This document shows positions 36,372-47,642 of a stretch of 64,000 bases of DNA, in pieces. The position numbers and the translations under genes are program-made. This stretch comes from a virus, in IMG/VR virus record IMGVR_UViG_3300025141_012314, positions 16,342 through 80,341 of that record; one strand, 5' to 3'. A model generated the notes under the pieces. The model ran no database searches. It was not told the origin of the DNA and worked only from the letters and a program-made list of their open reading frames with translations. The stretch's first letter is position 1. Each line of letters begins with the position of its first letter.

Positions 36372-39300
36372 GAAGTTATTTCACGCCACAGACGAGTCTA
36401 GAAATTATCTTTCAGAAGCCGAACAAAAAGATATATACAAAGCTGTTGAATCTGAAAAAAACTTAGAAGAACTTAACGAGCTTAAAGAAGCTTTTGTTCC
36501 CCAAGTAGACTATTCTAACCCTGCGCAGTTCGCTAGGTTTGGTTCTGCATATCTATACTATAAATCAGCTATTAGCAATATACTGGATTTCTATCCTTAT
36601 GATGGTTCTGACGCAGAAAAGAACCGATTCCACAATAAAACATACCCGATAGACAAATACATCTTAGACAATAACTATCCTAAATCTACAGGGTATGGTA
36701 TTATTTCCGCGGATGGCTGGGGAACTCAGTCTTCTATCTCTGGCGGTTATGGTGTGCCGGCCACTCAAGAACACATAACCTTCTTTGCTGGTCCCGGTAC
36801 CGGCTCGTTTCTATCAGGCACAGCTGCCACAAGCATGATGCCGGAGCCCCACAATAGCAAGTTCCAATATTCTAATGTTTATGAAGAAAACCCCTATCTT
36901 AATGCCGGACTTACTTCTGATTATGGATCTGGCTCCCGGGACTCAAACTTAAAAGCTGACTTTGATCGCGGCGTAACAGTGGAGTTTTGGCTCCAGACGG
37001 GATCTCTGGGCGGAACAGCCGACACCCAAAAACTAGTCGTTTTTGACATGTGGAATAACGAGCACTCATCAAGTGCTGACTACGGACGCATCACTATTGA
37101 GTTAACAGGTGGTTTGCGCGGAACAAGCACTCTTGGATGGACTGATTCTCCATTCCTGTTAACAGTCCAATCAGGAAACCTCTTCTATAATCCAGACTCC
37201 CCCGGAACATTTCAGCAAAAGATTGGTTTAGGGATCACTACAGCATCTTTGGGAGAATGGCACCATTATGCAATTGCTATTTATAATTCCGGATCGGATC
37301 TAAGAACCGACTTTTATGTCGATGGAAGGATGAATGATGCAGGAACCCCGACATACGCCACCGCAGTAGATGCAATCGATACCGCCGGCGTAAAAGCTGC
37401 GAACGTCGATAGTGCGTTTTCATTTACTATTCCAACTTCCGCTGGTGGCGAAGGTCCCGCAACAACGATTCGTCTGTCTGCTGCACAATCCACTGCCCCA
37501 CCAGTGGCCGGCGCAGGTAGTTCGATTGGCATTGGTTTTTCCGACAAGACTGATGCTGAGATCGCAGCGCTTATTATTAATGCTATTAATGCAGTTGCTA
37601 CAACAAATATCGTTTTTGCAGTATCCAATAATGGACAGGCCGGCTATGATGCTGGTATTACAGCCACACAGGGTTCAAGCGATACTCAAATTACACTTAC
37701 AATGGACAACCCCGGCATCGCTGGTAATCTTAATATCGCCCTTGTAGACACCCTCGGTACGTCCCTGGTTGATACTGCAGACTTTACTGGCGCGACCGGA
37801 TTCCAAGCCTCATCTCTTGGAGAATTAACTTCCAAGAATATGATGGGGCGCCTAGGAGCCTTACAATATGCTCCATCTGGTACCATGGCAAAATCGACGT
37901 GCACCGACTTAGACGGAGCCGGCAAGCTTTCTGGCTCCATTGACGAATTCCGTTATTGGAAAACCAAACGAACCGGTCATGATATTGGCAGAAACTGGAT
38001 TAACCAAGTAGGTGGCGGCGTCAACACTGACATAGCGAACACCGAGCTTGGAGTTTACTACAAGTTTAACGAGGGAATCACAGGAAATTCAACCGTTGAC
38101 GGCACAGTGCTAGATTACGGCGGAAGAATTTGTAATGGTCGCTGGCAAGGTTATGCTGCTAACTCTAGAAATACTGGCTCCGCTATCGTATCGGCATCGG
38201 CTGCTCCATATGAGCGCCTAGATCCGGTTATTCGCCCTGAGCATCCCGACATTATTTCGCTTCGAAGTAATCTGCTTTCAACTGGCTCAACTCATGATCG
38301 CCAGAACAACAATCTATTCATTAATTACATGCCAAGTTGGATACAAGATGAATACGAACCTGACGACGCATATAACGGCGATCTAAGCCTGATGTCACAT
38401 GTTATCGGATCGTATTTCGATACCATGTATCAACAAGTAAGGGCTCTCCCTAGCTTTGTGAAGGCATCATACACCAGTGGTTCTCACAAGCCTGTGCCAT
38501 TTGCACAGCACTTACCGCAATCATTGGGGCTCGATACGCCTGAACTGTTTGTAGACTCTAGTATTATTGAGCAGTTCCTTAACCGCGACGACAAGACTCT
38601 GTTTGAGGGAGACCTCACCGAGACCAAAAACTTAATATATCTCAATCTTTACAACAACTTGGCTCACATCTTTAAGAGCAAAGGTACTGAAAGAGCGATC
38701 AGAAACACTCTAAGATGCTTCAATATAAATGATAATGTATTTAAACTTAACGTTTACAATAGAAATCATACATTTGAGCTAAAAAACAACCTTCGACAGA
38801 CCCTCTCAAAAGAAACAAGAGTAAATTTCGGTCACCCCGACAACCTGGAAGCAGTTGTTTACCAAGCAATGAGTTCTTCGAACCCTAACAGCTTGGGCTA
38901 TATTTCGGGAAGTGGCTGGAAAGCCGCCGGGCAAAGAGTGGGTTATGAGCAACAATATGGGTTTACACTGGAATCTGATGTAATCTTTCCGCATTATGTG
39001 GCAGAAGTAGATCCTATTCAGAGGAACTACACGACTTCCTCTCTTTTCGGTATGTACACCGTACCTACCGGCTCAATTATTGATAACAGCAATCCGGAAG
39101 GAGTACCGTCGGGACTTGATCCTAGAGTGGACTTTTTGGATGGCACTAATACTGCCTTTGCAACTAGCTCTACCGACACCATTAGCGATCCAGCCAACTT
39201 GCAGGTCTACGCAATTCGAACTGCTGCTGATTCTAAAGATGTTTATTTCCAGCTGGGATCTCGTAACGATCCAAGGCCACTATTATTTCACACAGCTTCG

Positions 39301-42300
39301 TCCCTCACGAGTAGTGTTTTCTATAACGTTTATGACAATGAGCGCTGGAACCTCTCAGTTAGAATGAAGCCAAGCAAGCCGTTTGCCAACATCGTGACCG
39401 GCGCCTTGAGTGATACAGGGCAGCAGTTCACCTACGATGTGGTATTCCGCGGCATAAACACCTTTCTAGGCGATGTAAAAAACAGTTTCGAACTAACGGG
39501 CACGTTGAATTATGTCTCGGGCTCAAACCTTTTGGCTGCCTCCAAGCGCGTATATTGCGGCGCCGAAAGAACAAACATTACAGGAACCCTCTTAAATAAA
39601 TCCGATGCCCAAATCAATAGTGTAAAATATTGGACCAAACATATTGATAATCATAGTCTTGACCAACATTTATATGATATGACAAATCAAGGTATCTCCG
39701 GCTCTTATCAAAATGTAGCCTTTTGGGATCCCAATAATGGTCCATTAGATGTACTTAATCTTAACACTTTAGCACTGAGCTGGAACTTTAATAATATAAC
39801 CGGCGGCTCTGATGTTAACGGAAACTTTTATGTAGAAGATGCGAGTTCTGGCTCCACGGAGCTTCGAACAGAGAACTACGGCTGGCTCGGTAATAAGACA
39901 GGTTGGCAGCATACTGGATATGGTTATGGATTTGCAACATCTTCGACAGCTGTATATGTTAAAGACCCAATCAACTCCTTTAAGTTTGTAAATCCTGAAA
40001 GAGCAGTTTCTAATGATATGATTCAGATTCTATCGGACGATGATGAAGTATTGGGCATCGTAGAAACAGTGCCATCTTATTATTATACACTAGAAAAAAG
40101 TTTATATGGTGCTCTCTCGGAAGAGATGTTGGACTTCCTTGCAGGTGTCGTAGATTTCAATAACGTCATCGGTGCACCAGTTAACCGATATCGCAGCCGA
40201 TACAAGAATTTAGAGAAGCTTAGAGAAAGCTTCTTCCGACGCGTTAATAAAGTTTCAAGCGTCGAGAAATACATTAACTATTATAAATGGTTTGATGGCA
40301 GCATCTCAACAATTATAGAGCAAATGCTACCAGCATCTGCAGACTTTGAAGCAGAAGTCTTCAACACGATTGAAAGTCATGTGCTTGAGAGGAATAAATA
40401 CCAAACCCCTTTCCCGACATACGAGTTTATTGAACCCGATCTTGATTCAACAATGGAAGGGCTACAATCTAATACATGGGACTGGCAATCAGGACACTCC
40501 ATGGAGCCGTCCTCTCCGCGCCGGACTGATGTTAATAAGCCCTTTGTTAAACAAAGGATGCTTAGAACTTCTATAGAATTAACATCCGGTGATCCAGAAA
40601 TCGATGGACAGAGAGAGAATATTCGAAAGATCGCATTTTCTCAACCAACACTAAGCTCAAGCGCAAATGTCAGATACACCCCAGCCGGCGTAGGATATTC
40701 AGCACAGCAATTCCGCCGCAGAGCCCTATCGGCTCCGTACGAGATGACAATAGAACTCTCAGACAATAAGAGTAATATTCACGGTGGAGTAAACTTCCCT
40801 CCGAACAAAAACATTCAGTTTACATACGATGCTTTATATCCATTTGGACCTCTTGGTACTGATCCTGTTGTTCCGCTTAATGTTCTGTTCACTCAAGAAA
40901 GCGATATTGTAGAACTCGCGGAACTATATCTAGCAGACTTTAATCCGAAAGGAAAAATAATAGAGAGGTCATTCAAGGTTCATTTCGGTCGTGAATGGGA
41001 AGACGGACTGGGTGGAAAAAACCTTAAGTCCTCCATGGCATATCCTTTTAGTATTGTCAGTTCGTCTGTTACAACAGGATATAATAAAGATGTTGTCAAT
41101 GGCTTAACCGGCGGAATCCAGATTACAAACCTGCACAACGATGTGTACGGCTCTGACATGGAAAAACCCATGCAGGGTCCTTTCACCGAATATGCTGTTG
41201 GTGGACACCAGCATCGACACACACGTATTAATAAGGGAGCAGACAATTATAAGACCCGCGCAGAGGCTTGGAAGCTTCTCGTTGGGGAATGTGGTGGCGC
41301 CCCATCGGGCTCAATGGGGCTTGTCGCACCAGACTATCCATGGCCCGACATAGGACAAGATCCTGCAGCAGCCGAAGGAACTGTATCGCTTGCAGTCGGG
41401 AATGTAACTACTGGTGATTCGGTAACGATTGGTGATGGAGACACCACCAAAACATTTGAGGTACCGTTCGAAAATGAGAAATCGGTGTTATTCACTAACT
41501 CTGCCAACTCATGGATTGCTGTCTCTGGAGATAAGAGTTCAAGTTATGGACTCCCCTCTGATCATCCTTTGGACTTTTACTACTTAGAAAAGGCTACAAT
41601 TAGTGCGTGGGTATCCGCTAGCGCCACAGACAAAAACGCGTATATTTTCCAAGCCGGCGCACCAAATGGAGCAATAGACGTCGCAATACGCACGGACAAC
41701 ACTGTGCGCCTCACACAAGCATGGTACAGACCAGCTGGAGGTCCATATAATGTCAATGCACACTGGGAAACAGATGCTGCGGTAATTACTACCGGGAAAT
41801 GGCATCATATTGCCGTAACATATGATGCCACGCTATCAGCCAGTCAAGACCCGAAATTCTTCATTGATGGTGTGCTGGTTGACTCCTCAGCAGGCATGGC
41901 CGTGCCGGCGGATGCGGACACAAAACTACAACTAAAAAGAATCGTCGATCGCGAAAGCACGACGAAGGTTATAACAACAATCGGTGGATATAACGTTAAC
42001 GTCCCTTTCAGCGGCGCAATCGACGAAATGTCAATTTGGCAGCTTAGTATGAGCGCCGAACAGATAACAGAGGTTTATGCTACCGGTTCGGTGCAAAATC
42101 TATTTAAAGTTTCTGCTTACGTCTCTGATAATACCAACCTATATTCATGGTGGCGCATGGGAGACGACGCTAACGATGCTGTAGATGGCGGCGGATCATA
42201 CTCACTAGGAGTTAACTCGATAGTTGATCAAACTGGCCGAGCAAATGGTAACCCGGGTTCAGAGCAGTCAATATCTACCAATGTTGTAACAGCCTCAACG

Positions 42301-45300
42301 GCAGGACCCAACGTCTCTTGGACAAAGGGATCTAACTACTTTAACTCCATACAAAATCTTAAAGATGCGATAAACGAGCAGTATGTTTCGGGCAATCTAT
42401 CGATCACAGCATCTGCTGGCTCCGGATCCACAGTTGTAAATCTGAATAACTCTCTTTACGGAGACGCAGATTCTACAAAGATTTATATTAATGGTGCATT
42501 TGGTAATGTATCGAGTAGCAAATCTGGTGCTAGCATCTCTGTTTCTGGCATGGCCGGCGGACGAAACCCGACAATTCTCAATTACAACGCACCTCGCGCA
42601 ACGTATTATAGAGATCAGGTCGCAAAACGTCCAGTTAACATCAGAAATATTGAGCTAAAAACAGGCTCAACGATTATTGGAAACTATCGACATAGGTATG
42701 AATTCGTACAAACTGTCGGTGCTTGGGAGAATCCACGCGCGTTTGTTGATCACCAGCCAACATTGCCTTCGATTATTAACGACAACAATAACCTAACCGG
42801 CTCAGGAATCGCAGGAAACTTCTTGCTGATTAATAGGACATCGGCTAGCCACTTTGACTATGGGCTTACTTACGCTCCAACGCAGCTCACTGGCTCGAAG
42901 AACAAAACAGTGATGACTTCACGCTTTAGCGCCCCAGGCTCAAGAGAGACCTTCCAGCGCGGACTAAAGGATGTTAGGTCAGCCGAGTTCTCGCCATACA
43001 ATACGATCCCTTATAAAAATCAAACGGTGATTAAGAACTCCCAGGGCGCTAGCGGTACGATATCACAAACTTCCGGATACAGGGTATCAGATATCCACGG
43101 AAAGGACTTCGGACTTCGGGCCCTTCTCTCACGACCGTCTGCTCGCTTCGGACGCGACTCGCTATTTTGTGATGATCCGGGAGCCTCATATGAACAAGCT
43201 CCAAGCTTCCAGAAGAACAATAGAAATACGAAGATTAGTGTTAAGGCTGCAGAACAAGGTTTTGCTGAAGATAAACAATACGATAACTTCTTTGTGACTC
43301 ACCAGATTCCTCGAATGGATCGCCAGTATGCTTGGGTAACTAACTCTTTGTCAGTACACACCCCTCTTCTACACGGTGGCGCCAGATATTATGGAATGGC
43401 TCCCGTACATGGTGATCATGCTGGCTATTATGTTGATAAGACCAATTCTTCATATACATACGAACCTTATTTCTCATATGTTTCTGAAAGTGATGTTCGA
43501 CCGCTGACAACTAGACATCCCGCTCGTACATTTGCAGAAGGTGGATTGGTACAGGTGCATTCAAATCTGAATATCTATACTTTAGATGCAGTCACTGCTT
43601 CTCAAAACTATTTAGGATTCCCGCTAGATCAGCCATCTCTAAGTGCCGCCAGAGTCGGAGCCTATGGATTCCAGCGAAATGGCAATTATTTCAATAGAAA
43701 AGGTAATAAAGCGGCATATCTCCTAAAGACCGAAGATCTCGATGCCGCGACTGTCACTGCCTCAGCAAACTACCTTAACTTGGTTCTCACAAGAAGAGGC
43801 GCCAACTATGGATGGAACTGGACAGCAACACACCAGCAAGACCACCCGATTCTTCGCGCCGAGAAAAACACAAACAAGATCTCGGTGATAACCGGATCAG
43901 ATAACGGCATCAATCGATACCGCTTATCCCCTGTTTCTATGAGAGGGCGCCCTGTATATATCAACTATAGCAATGGTGATGAAGACATTACCCTTAAGGC
44001 AACTCATAATAATGAGGAGATCTTCTTTAACGATGCAGAATTCAATAACCTTCTTGGTGTTTCGCCTGAGAATATTACAACACCATACGAGCAAATCGTC
44101 CGCGCAATACAACCTAGTTTAAATTGGGTACAATATAGTGAAAACATTTTCCCATCTCTTCGAAATGAGTTCGCGACAAAGAGTTTAGACAAGCCAACTT
44201 ACGATAATAAGTATTGGCGCAACAGTCGTACTGAAAGAACCACTGTCGGAACATCATTTAATAACTCCTGGAATGTGCCCCGTAGAGGAGACATTGCTGG
44301 CAACGCTACTACTCTTAAAGAGGGAGTTATCATTAATCAAAGTTCTTGGCCATTAGACGCTCAAGAAAGCTTTCTAACTCGCTCAACACTGCCCTATTAC
44401 TCGTCATCTGCCAACGATGACCAAACATTTAGACAACAACGTGTTGGCGAACTACAAAATAACTACGGACCCTACAAGCCCGGGAACGATTTCGATGCCG
44501 ATCATGAACGACGCATGCTGGTCTCTCCAAGTGCCAAATATAGTCGTAAACACTTGCTTCAGGGCGCCAAAACCGTAACTGGTCCCAACGGAACACATAT
44601 TAATGAGACCGGTTCGGCTGTGGGAATGAGCTTTGCAAACTTCCAAGTCGGCGCCGGCGAAGCGCTTTGGGAAACTGGTGATCAAGCGGGAATCCTCGTG
44701 AAGAACGACGAAGGAGGCTTCACGTTCGAGGCTTCGGCATCACAGCCATGGTATAACTCATATGAAGACTATAGACAAGATCTTAAAGTATTAGCAAAAG
44801 ACTTTTCGGTAATCCCTGAGTTTAGAATTAGTGAACACATTGAGGACTATGTTAAATACGGAATATTCACACCAAACAAGACCGACACTTTCGAACTCCC
44901 AGAAACAGGGATCAATAGTTCCACTTCATCTTTCTATAAAGATTACTCAAACTCAGATTTCATGTCGGGCTTCCTTAAGGTATCAAAAGACACGCTTCTC
45001 GACGCAAAAGAAATAAGTCTGGTCTGCAGCGCCGCAATTAAGTTTAATCCCTACAAAGGATTCTACCCAGTGCAGAGAACGATGGATCTATCATCTCAAT
45101 TCTCAAGCTCATACGCCGATGGTTTTACTGGATTTTTGACTGCCTCACAAACGCCAATACCTTTTTTAAACACGAAGCCATGGAAAAAACTACTGACAGG
45201 CTCCACAGCTGTTAATGGTATCACTCCATTCATTGCTCCCGGCATTTTATTCAACTCGATTAAAGCCGGCATGGCTGTTGACTATCCAATAGTAACAGAT

Positions 45301-47637
45301 GGTTCCAAACTGCGATCGGTAGACATCGGCGGAGTAATTGATACAGAGAATCCAGCATTCGATGTGGCTGCCGGTGATTGGCACACCTACGTTTTATATG
45401 GATCTGCCAGTGATGATAGTTCCCCCTCAGTAGAATACCAATCCCGCGGGTGGAACGGTTCTGGTTCGATCTGGGATAAGCGACTGCCCTTCGAGGCAAT
45501 TATAGAGCCGGAAGTATATCTGCAAGGCGCCTCATTTGTTAGCCAAGAGGCCCACCCATCAGCCTCCAACTCAATAGTAACTAGCTGGGGCGGTAAACTC
45601 GGTGGCGAAACGACTTATACCCGAATGGCACGCAACTTTTTTGGCGAAGTCGGATCGTTTTTCCTCAAAGATAAGGGCTTTACGAGATTAGAGTCGCAAA
45701 CAATTTCTGATGACCTTAGATTCCCCTCTGGCAGTGTTTACGGCGCCAGAATTAAGCTTCATCGTTCGACTCGTGGACCAAGAACATACAACGCAGAGGA
45801 TTACCCACAAATAGCATCCGGCTCTTGGCCAGATGCCAGCAGCAGCATTCACAGCCCGTGGGCAGCATACGGCGGCAGAAAGTGGGATCCGTCAAGCTCA
45901 TTGGGCTTGTCCTCTGGTGCCCCAACATATGGACTCTGGGCGTCGGGTTCCTTCCCGGTACCACAAGACCCGATACATAATCCAAACTTCGAAGAGTCTT
46001 TCACCTTGTATAGTAGACCCAGCGCTTTCTTCCCTCCGTGCGGAGGAAGACCCCCTATGTATTTGCAGAATGATAATCCCCCAACCCCGGGGCCAATGAT
46101 ACCAGAAGACTCACTAGTATTCCATCAGGGTGCCATGGGCTCAACAATAGGTATGAATCCTGCCGGCACACCACCATATTATGATGGCGAGGCGTGGGTT
46201 GATCTTATCTTTAGACCATCGCACACTAAGAGTTATGATTTGGAACAGATTTTAGCGGAAACGGAGATGGTATATTGGAGATTTGATGCGGGATATGCCG
46301 GCACGAATTTAAATTGGGATAACAGTTGTACAGAGAGATTGTCTGGATACCTTAATCAAGGTCCAACCACTTTAATACCGACGTATAACAACAATTTCTT
46401 CTGTGCGAAAGGCGCGGCCGCCGCCGCGGGAAATTATGCCGGAATCCCAATTTACGATGGCATGCACATTAACGCCAACTCAATGCAAGCTAGCGCAAGC
46501 TTAAACTTGTTAGGAGTGGAGAAGGTGAAGTTCGAAGAAATCGACAAGTTCGGAAATCTAGGAAGTACCAGAAACATCACCGAAGGTAAAAAGTGGGTTA
46601 TCCAACCTAAGTTTGAGACCCCGCACATGAACTTTAACTATAAGGGTGATCGCGGCATTAACAGCGGTTCATCAACGATTACAGTTCCGCAGAACTTCTC
46701 AGCGTCAGTACCACGCGGCATGTGGCATCAGTTCGGAACAATCCCGACAGACCCATCAACTGGTATCTTTATGGAGATCGGAGACATCCCAGAAGAGTGG
46801 CTCAAGAATCACTATATGGTTATTAATCAACCTAGTCCATATAATGATCACAACATCTCAAAAGGAATTTTCTTAAGCCATAACATGAAATCGCTTGCAA
46901 CTTTAGCCGGCTTCGATCAAACTAAGTCCCGTGCACGTTTGGGTGAGCTAGCGGAAAGCAGGACAATACGAGAAGCTGTAGTTGCTGTTCCGTATATTGT
47001 AGACTATCAAAAGGATGCAACCGGAGAAACCGGAAAACAAAGAAAGCGTTTTATATCGATTCCTCCGGAAAGATATTCGGCTGCGACTAATGAGCAAGTT
47101 GGTTCTAAATCCGGCGATTCTTTAGATGCATCTGGCGAATCCATCCGGAAGCTAGTTCAAAAAATGCCTCGATACGTAATGCCACCACAGTTCGACTTTA
47201 TTAGTAATGATAATATCGACCCTCTCGTAATGTATATCTTTGAGTTTGAATACAGCTTCGACAAAGATGACCTTTCATATATGTGGCAGAACATTGCACC
47301 GCGCGATTATCGAAAAGTAGACATGCAATTCCAATCGGTCGCACACGAACTAATGGATACTGAACTGCTATCAGAAAGAAACTTGACAGAGAGTGAAAAT
47401 CTGCGCTGGATGGTATTTAAGGTGAAACAGAAAGCTCAAACTGGTTATTACGATCAAGTTGTTAGACAGGCTGGGCAAGCATCTGATCAGTTCGAAAACA
47501 AAAAGCTCACTGACAAAGACGACGTGGGCTATCAGCTAAATTACAACTGGCCTTATGATTACTTATCTTTCGTAGAGCTAGTTAAGATAGATGCAGAAGT
47601 CTTATATAAAAAGCCCGACAAGAAGGATGAGAGCTAA
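36361..47637 (+). CDS. 3758-aa giant baseplate wedge/adsorption protein with LamG (ConA-like) domains
   Basis: LamG motifs VTVEFWL/WHHYAIA/FYVDG/SGSIDEFRYW and TISAWV/GKWHHIAVTYD/FIDG/FSGAIDEMSIW; FKSKGTERAI wedge-like KGT motif. Confidence 0.7.
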   Translation: MSIKKLFHATDESRNYLSEAEQKDIYKAVESEKNLEELNELKEAFVPQVDYSNPAQFARFGSAYLYYKSAISNILDFYPYDGSDAEKNRFHNKTYPIDKYILDNNYPKSTGYGIISADGWGTQSSISGGYGVPATQEHITFFAGPGTGSFLSGTAATSMMPEPHNSKFQYSNVYEENPYLNAGLTSDYGSGSRDSNLKADFDRGVTVEFWLQTGSLGGTADTQKLVVFDMWNNEHSSSADYGRITIELTGGLRGTSTLGWTDSPFLLTVQSGNLFYNPDSPGTFQQKIGLGITTASLGEWHHYAIAIYNSGSDLRTDFYVDGRMNDAGTPTYATAVDAIDTAGVKAANVDSAFSFTIPTSAGGEGPATTIRLSAAQSTAPPVAGAGSSIGIGFSDKTDAEIAALIINAINAVATTNIVFAVSNNGQAGYDAGITATQGSSDTQITLTMDNPGIAGNLNIALVDTLGTSLVDTADFTGATGFQASSLGELTSKNMMGRLGALQYAPSGTMAKSTCTDLDGAGKLSGSIDEFRYWKTKRTGHDIGRNWINQVGGGVNTDIANTELGVYYKFNEGITGNSTVDGTVLDYGGRICNGRWQGYAANSRNTGSAIVSASAAPYERLDPVIRPEHPDIISLRSNLLSTGSTHDRQNNNLFINYMPSWIQDEYEPDDAYNGDLSLMSHVIGSYFDTMYQQVRALPSFVKASYTSGSHKPVPFAQHLPQSLGLDTPELFVDSSIIEQFLNRDDKTLFEGDLTETKNLIYLNLYNNLAHIFKSKGTERAIRNTLRCFNINDNVFKLNVYNRNHTFELKNNLRQTLSKETRVNFGHPDNLEAVVYQAMSSSNPNSLGYISGSGWKAAGQRVGYEQQYGFTLESDVIFPHYVAEVDPIQRNYTTSSLFGMYTVPTGSIIDNSNPEGVPSGLDPRVDFLDGTNTAFATSSTDTISDPANLQVYAIRTAADSKDVYFQLGSRNDPRPLLFHTASSLTSSVFYNVYDNERWNLSVRMKPSKPFANIVTGALSDTGQQFTYDVVFRGINTFLGDVKNSFELTGTLNYVSGSNLLAASKRVYCGAERTNITGTLLNKSDAQINSVKYWTKHIDNHSLDQHLYDMTNQGISGSYQNVAFWDPNNGPLDVLNLNTLALSWNFNNITGGSDVNGNFYVEDASSGSTELRTENYGWLGNKTGWQHTGYGYGFATSSTAVYVKDPINSFKFVNPERAVSNDMIQILSDDDEVLGIVETVPSYYYTLEKSLYGALSEEMLDFLAGVVDFNNVIGAPVNRYRSRYKNLEKLRESFFRRVNKVSSVEKYINYYKWFDGSISTIIEQMLPASADFEAEVFNTIESHVLERNKYQTPFPTYEFIEPDLDSTMEGLQSNTWDWQSGHSMEPSSPRRTDVNKPFVKQRMLRTSIELTSGDPEIDGQRENIRKIAFSQPTLSSSANVRYTPAGVGYSAQQFRRRALSAPYEMTIELSDNKSNIHGGVNFPPNKNIQFTYDALYPFGPLGTDPVVPLNVLFTQESDIVELAELYLADFNPKGKIIERSFKVHFGREWEDGLGGKNLKSSMAYPFSIVSSSVTTGYNKDVVNGLTGGIQITNLHNDVYGSDMEKPMQGPFTEYAVGGHQHRHTRINKGADNYKTRAEAWKLLVGECGGAPSGSMGLVAPDYPWPDIGQDPAAAEGTVSLAVGNVTTGDSVTIGDGDTTKTFEVPFENEKSVLFTNSANSWIAVSGDKSSSYGLPSDHPLDFYYLEKATISAWVSASATDKNAYIFQAGAPNGAIDVAIRTDNTVRLTQAWYRPAGGPYNVNAHWETDAAVITTGKWHHIAVTYDATLSASQDPKFFIDGVLVDSSAGMAVPADADTKLQLKRIVDRESTTKVITTIGGYNVNVPFSGAIDEMSIWQLSMSAEQITEVYATGSVQNLFKVSAYVSDNTNLYSWWRMGDDANDAVDGGGSYSLGVNSIVDQTGRANGNPGSEQSISTNVVTASTAGPNVSWTKGSNYFNSIQNLKDAINEQYVSGNLSITASAGSGSTVVNLNNSLYGDADSTKIYINGAFGNVSSSKSGASISVSGMAGGRNPTILNYNAPRATYYRDQVAKRPVNIRNIELKTGSTIIGNYRHRYEFVQTVGAWENPRAFVDHQPTLPSIINDNNNLTGSGIAGNFLLINRTSASHFDYGLTYAPTQLTGSKNKTVMTSRFSAPGSRETFQRGLKDVRSAEFSPYNTIPYKNQTVIKNSQGASGTISQTSGYRVSDIHGKDFGLRALLSRPSARFGRDSLFCDDPGASYEQAPSFQKNNRNTKISVKAAEQGFAEDKQYDNFFVTHQIPRMDRQYAWVTNSLSVHTPLLHGGARYYGMAPVHGDHAGYYVDKTNSSYTYEPYFSYVSESDVRPLTTRHPARTFAEGGLVQVHSNLNIYTLDAVTASQNYLGFPLDQPSLSAARVGAYGFQRNGNYFNRKGNKAAYLLKTEDLDAATVTASANYLNLVLTRRGANYGWNWTATHQQDHPILRAEKNTNKISVITGSDNGINRYRLSPVSMRGRPVYINYSNGDEDITLKATHNNEEIFFNDAEFNNLLGVSPENITTPYEQIVRAIQPSLNWVQYSENIFPSLRNEFATKSLDKPTYDNKYWRNSRTERTTVGTSFNNSWNVPRRGDIAGNATTLKEGVIINQSSWPLDAQESFLTRSTLPYYSSSANDDQTFRQQRVGELQNNYGPYKPGNDFDADHERRMLVSPSAKYSRKHLLQGAKTVTGPNGTHINETGSAVGMSFANFQVGAGEALWETGDQAGILVKNDEGGFTFEASASQPWYNSYEDYRQDLKVLAKDFSVIPEFRISEHIEDYVKYGIFTPNKTDTFELPETGINSSTSSFYKDYSNSDFMSGFLKVSKDTLLDAKEISLVCSAAIKFNPYKGFYPVQRTMDLSSQFSSSYADGFTGFLTASQTPIPFLNTKPWKKLLTGSTAVNGITPFIAPGILFNSIKAGMAVDYPIVTDGSKLRSVDIGGVIDTENPAFDVAAGDWHTYVLYGSASDDSSPSVEYQSRGWNGSGSIWDKRLPFEAIIEPEVYLQGASFVSQEAHPSASNSIVTSWGGKLGGETTYTRMARNFFGEVGSFFLKDKGFTRLESQTISDDLRFPSGSVYGARIKLHRSTRGPRTYNAEDYPQIASGSWPDASSSIHSPWAAYGGRKWDPSSSLGLSSGAPTYGLWASGSFPVPQDPIHNPNFEESFTLYSRPSAFFPPCGGRPPMYLQNDNPPTPGPMIPEDSLVFHQGAMGSTIGMNPAGTPPYYDGEAWVDLIFRPSHTKSYDLEQILAETEMVYWRFDAGYAGTNLNWDNSCTERLSGYLNQGPTTLIPTYNNNFFCAKGAAAAAGNYAGIPIYDGMHINANSMQASASLNLLGVEKVKFEEIDKFGNLGSTRNITEGKKWVIQPKFETPHMNFNYKGDRGINSGSSTITVPQNFSASVPRGMWHQFGTIPTDPSTGIFMEIGDIPEEWLKNHYMVINQPSPYNDHNISKGIFLSHNMKSLATLAGFDQTKSRARLGELAESRTIREAVVAVPYIVDYQKDATGETGKQRKRFISIPPERYSAATNEQVGSKSGDSLDASGESIRKLVQKMPRYVMPPQFDFISNDNIDPLVMYIFEFEYSFDKDDLSYMWQNIAPRDYRKVDMQFQSVAHELMDTELLSERNLTESENLRWMVFKVKQKAQTGYYDQVVRQAGQASDQFENKKLTDKDDVGYQLNYNWPYDYLSFVELVKIDAEVLYKKPDKKDES

Positions 47638-47642
47638 CAAAA

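Noticed and set aside
26139-47637. Inteins or introns in the giant ORFs
   Set aside because: No intein splice-junction or homing-endonuclease motifs recognised; frames are uninterrupted.
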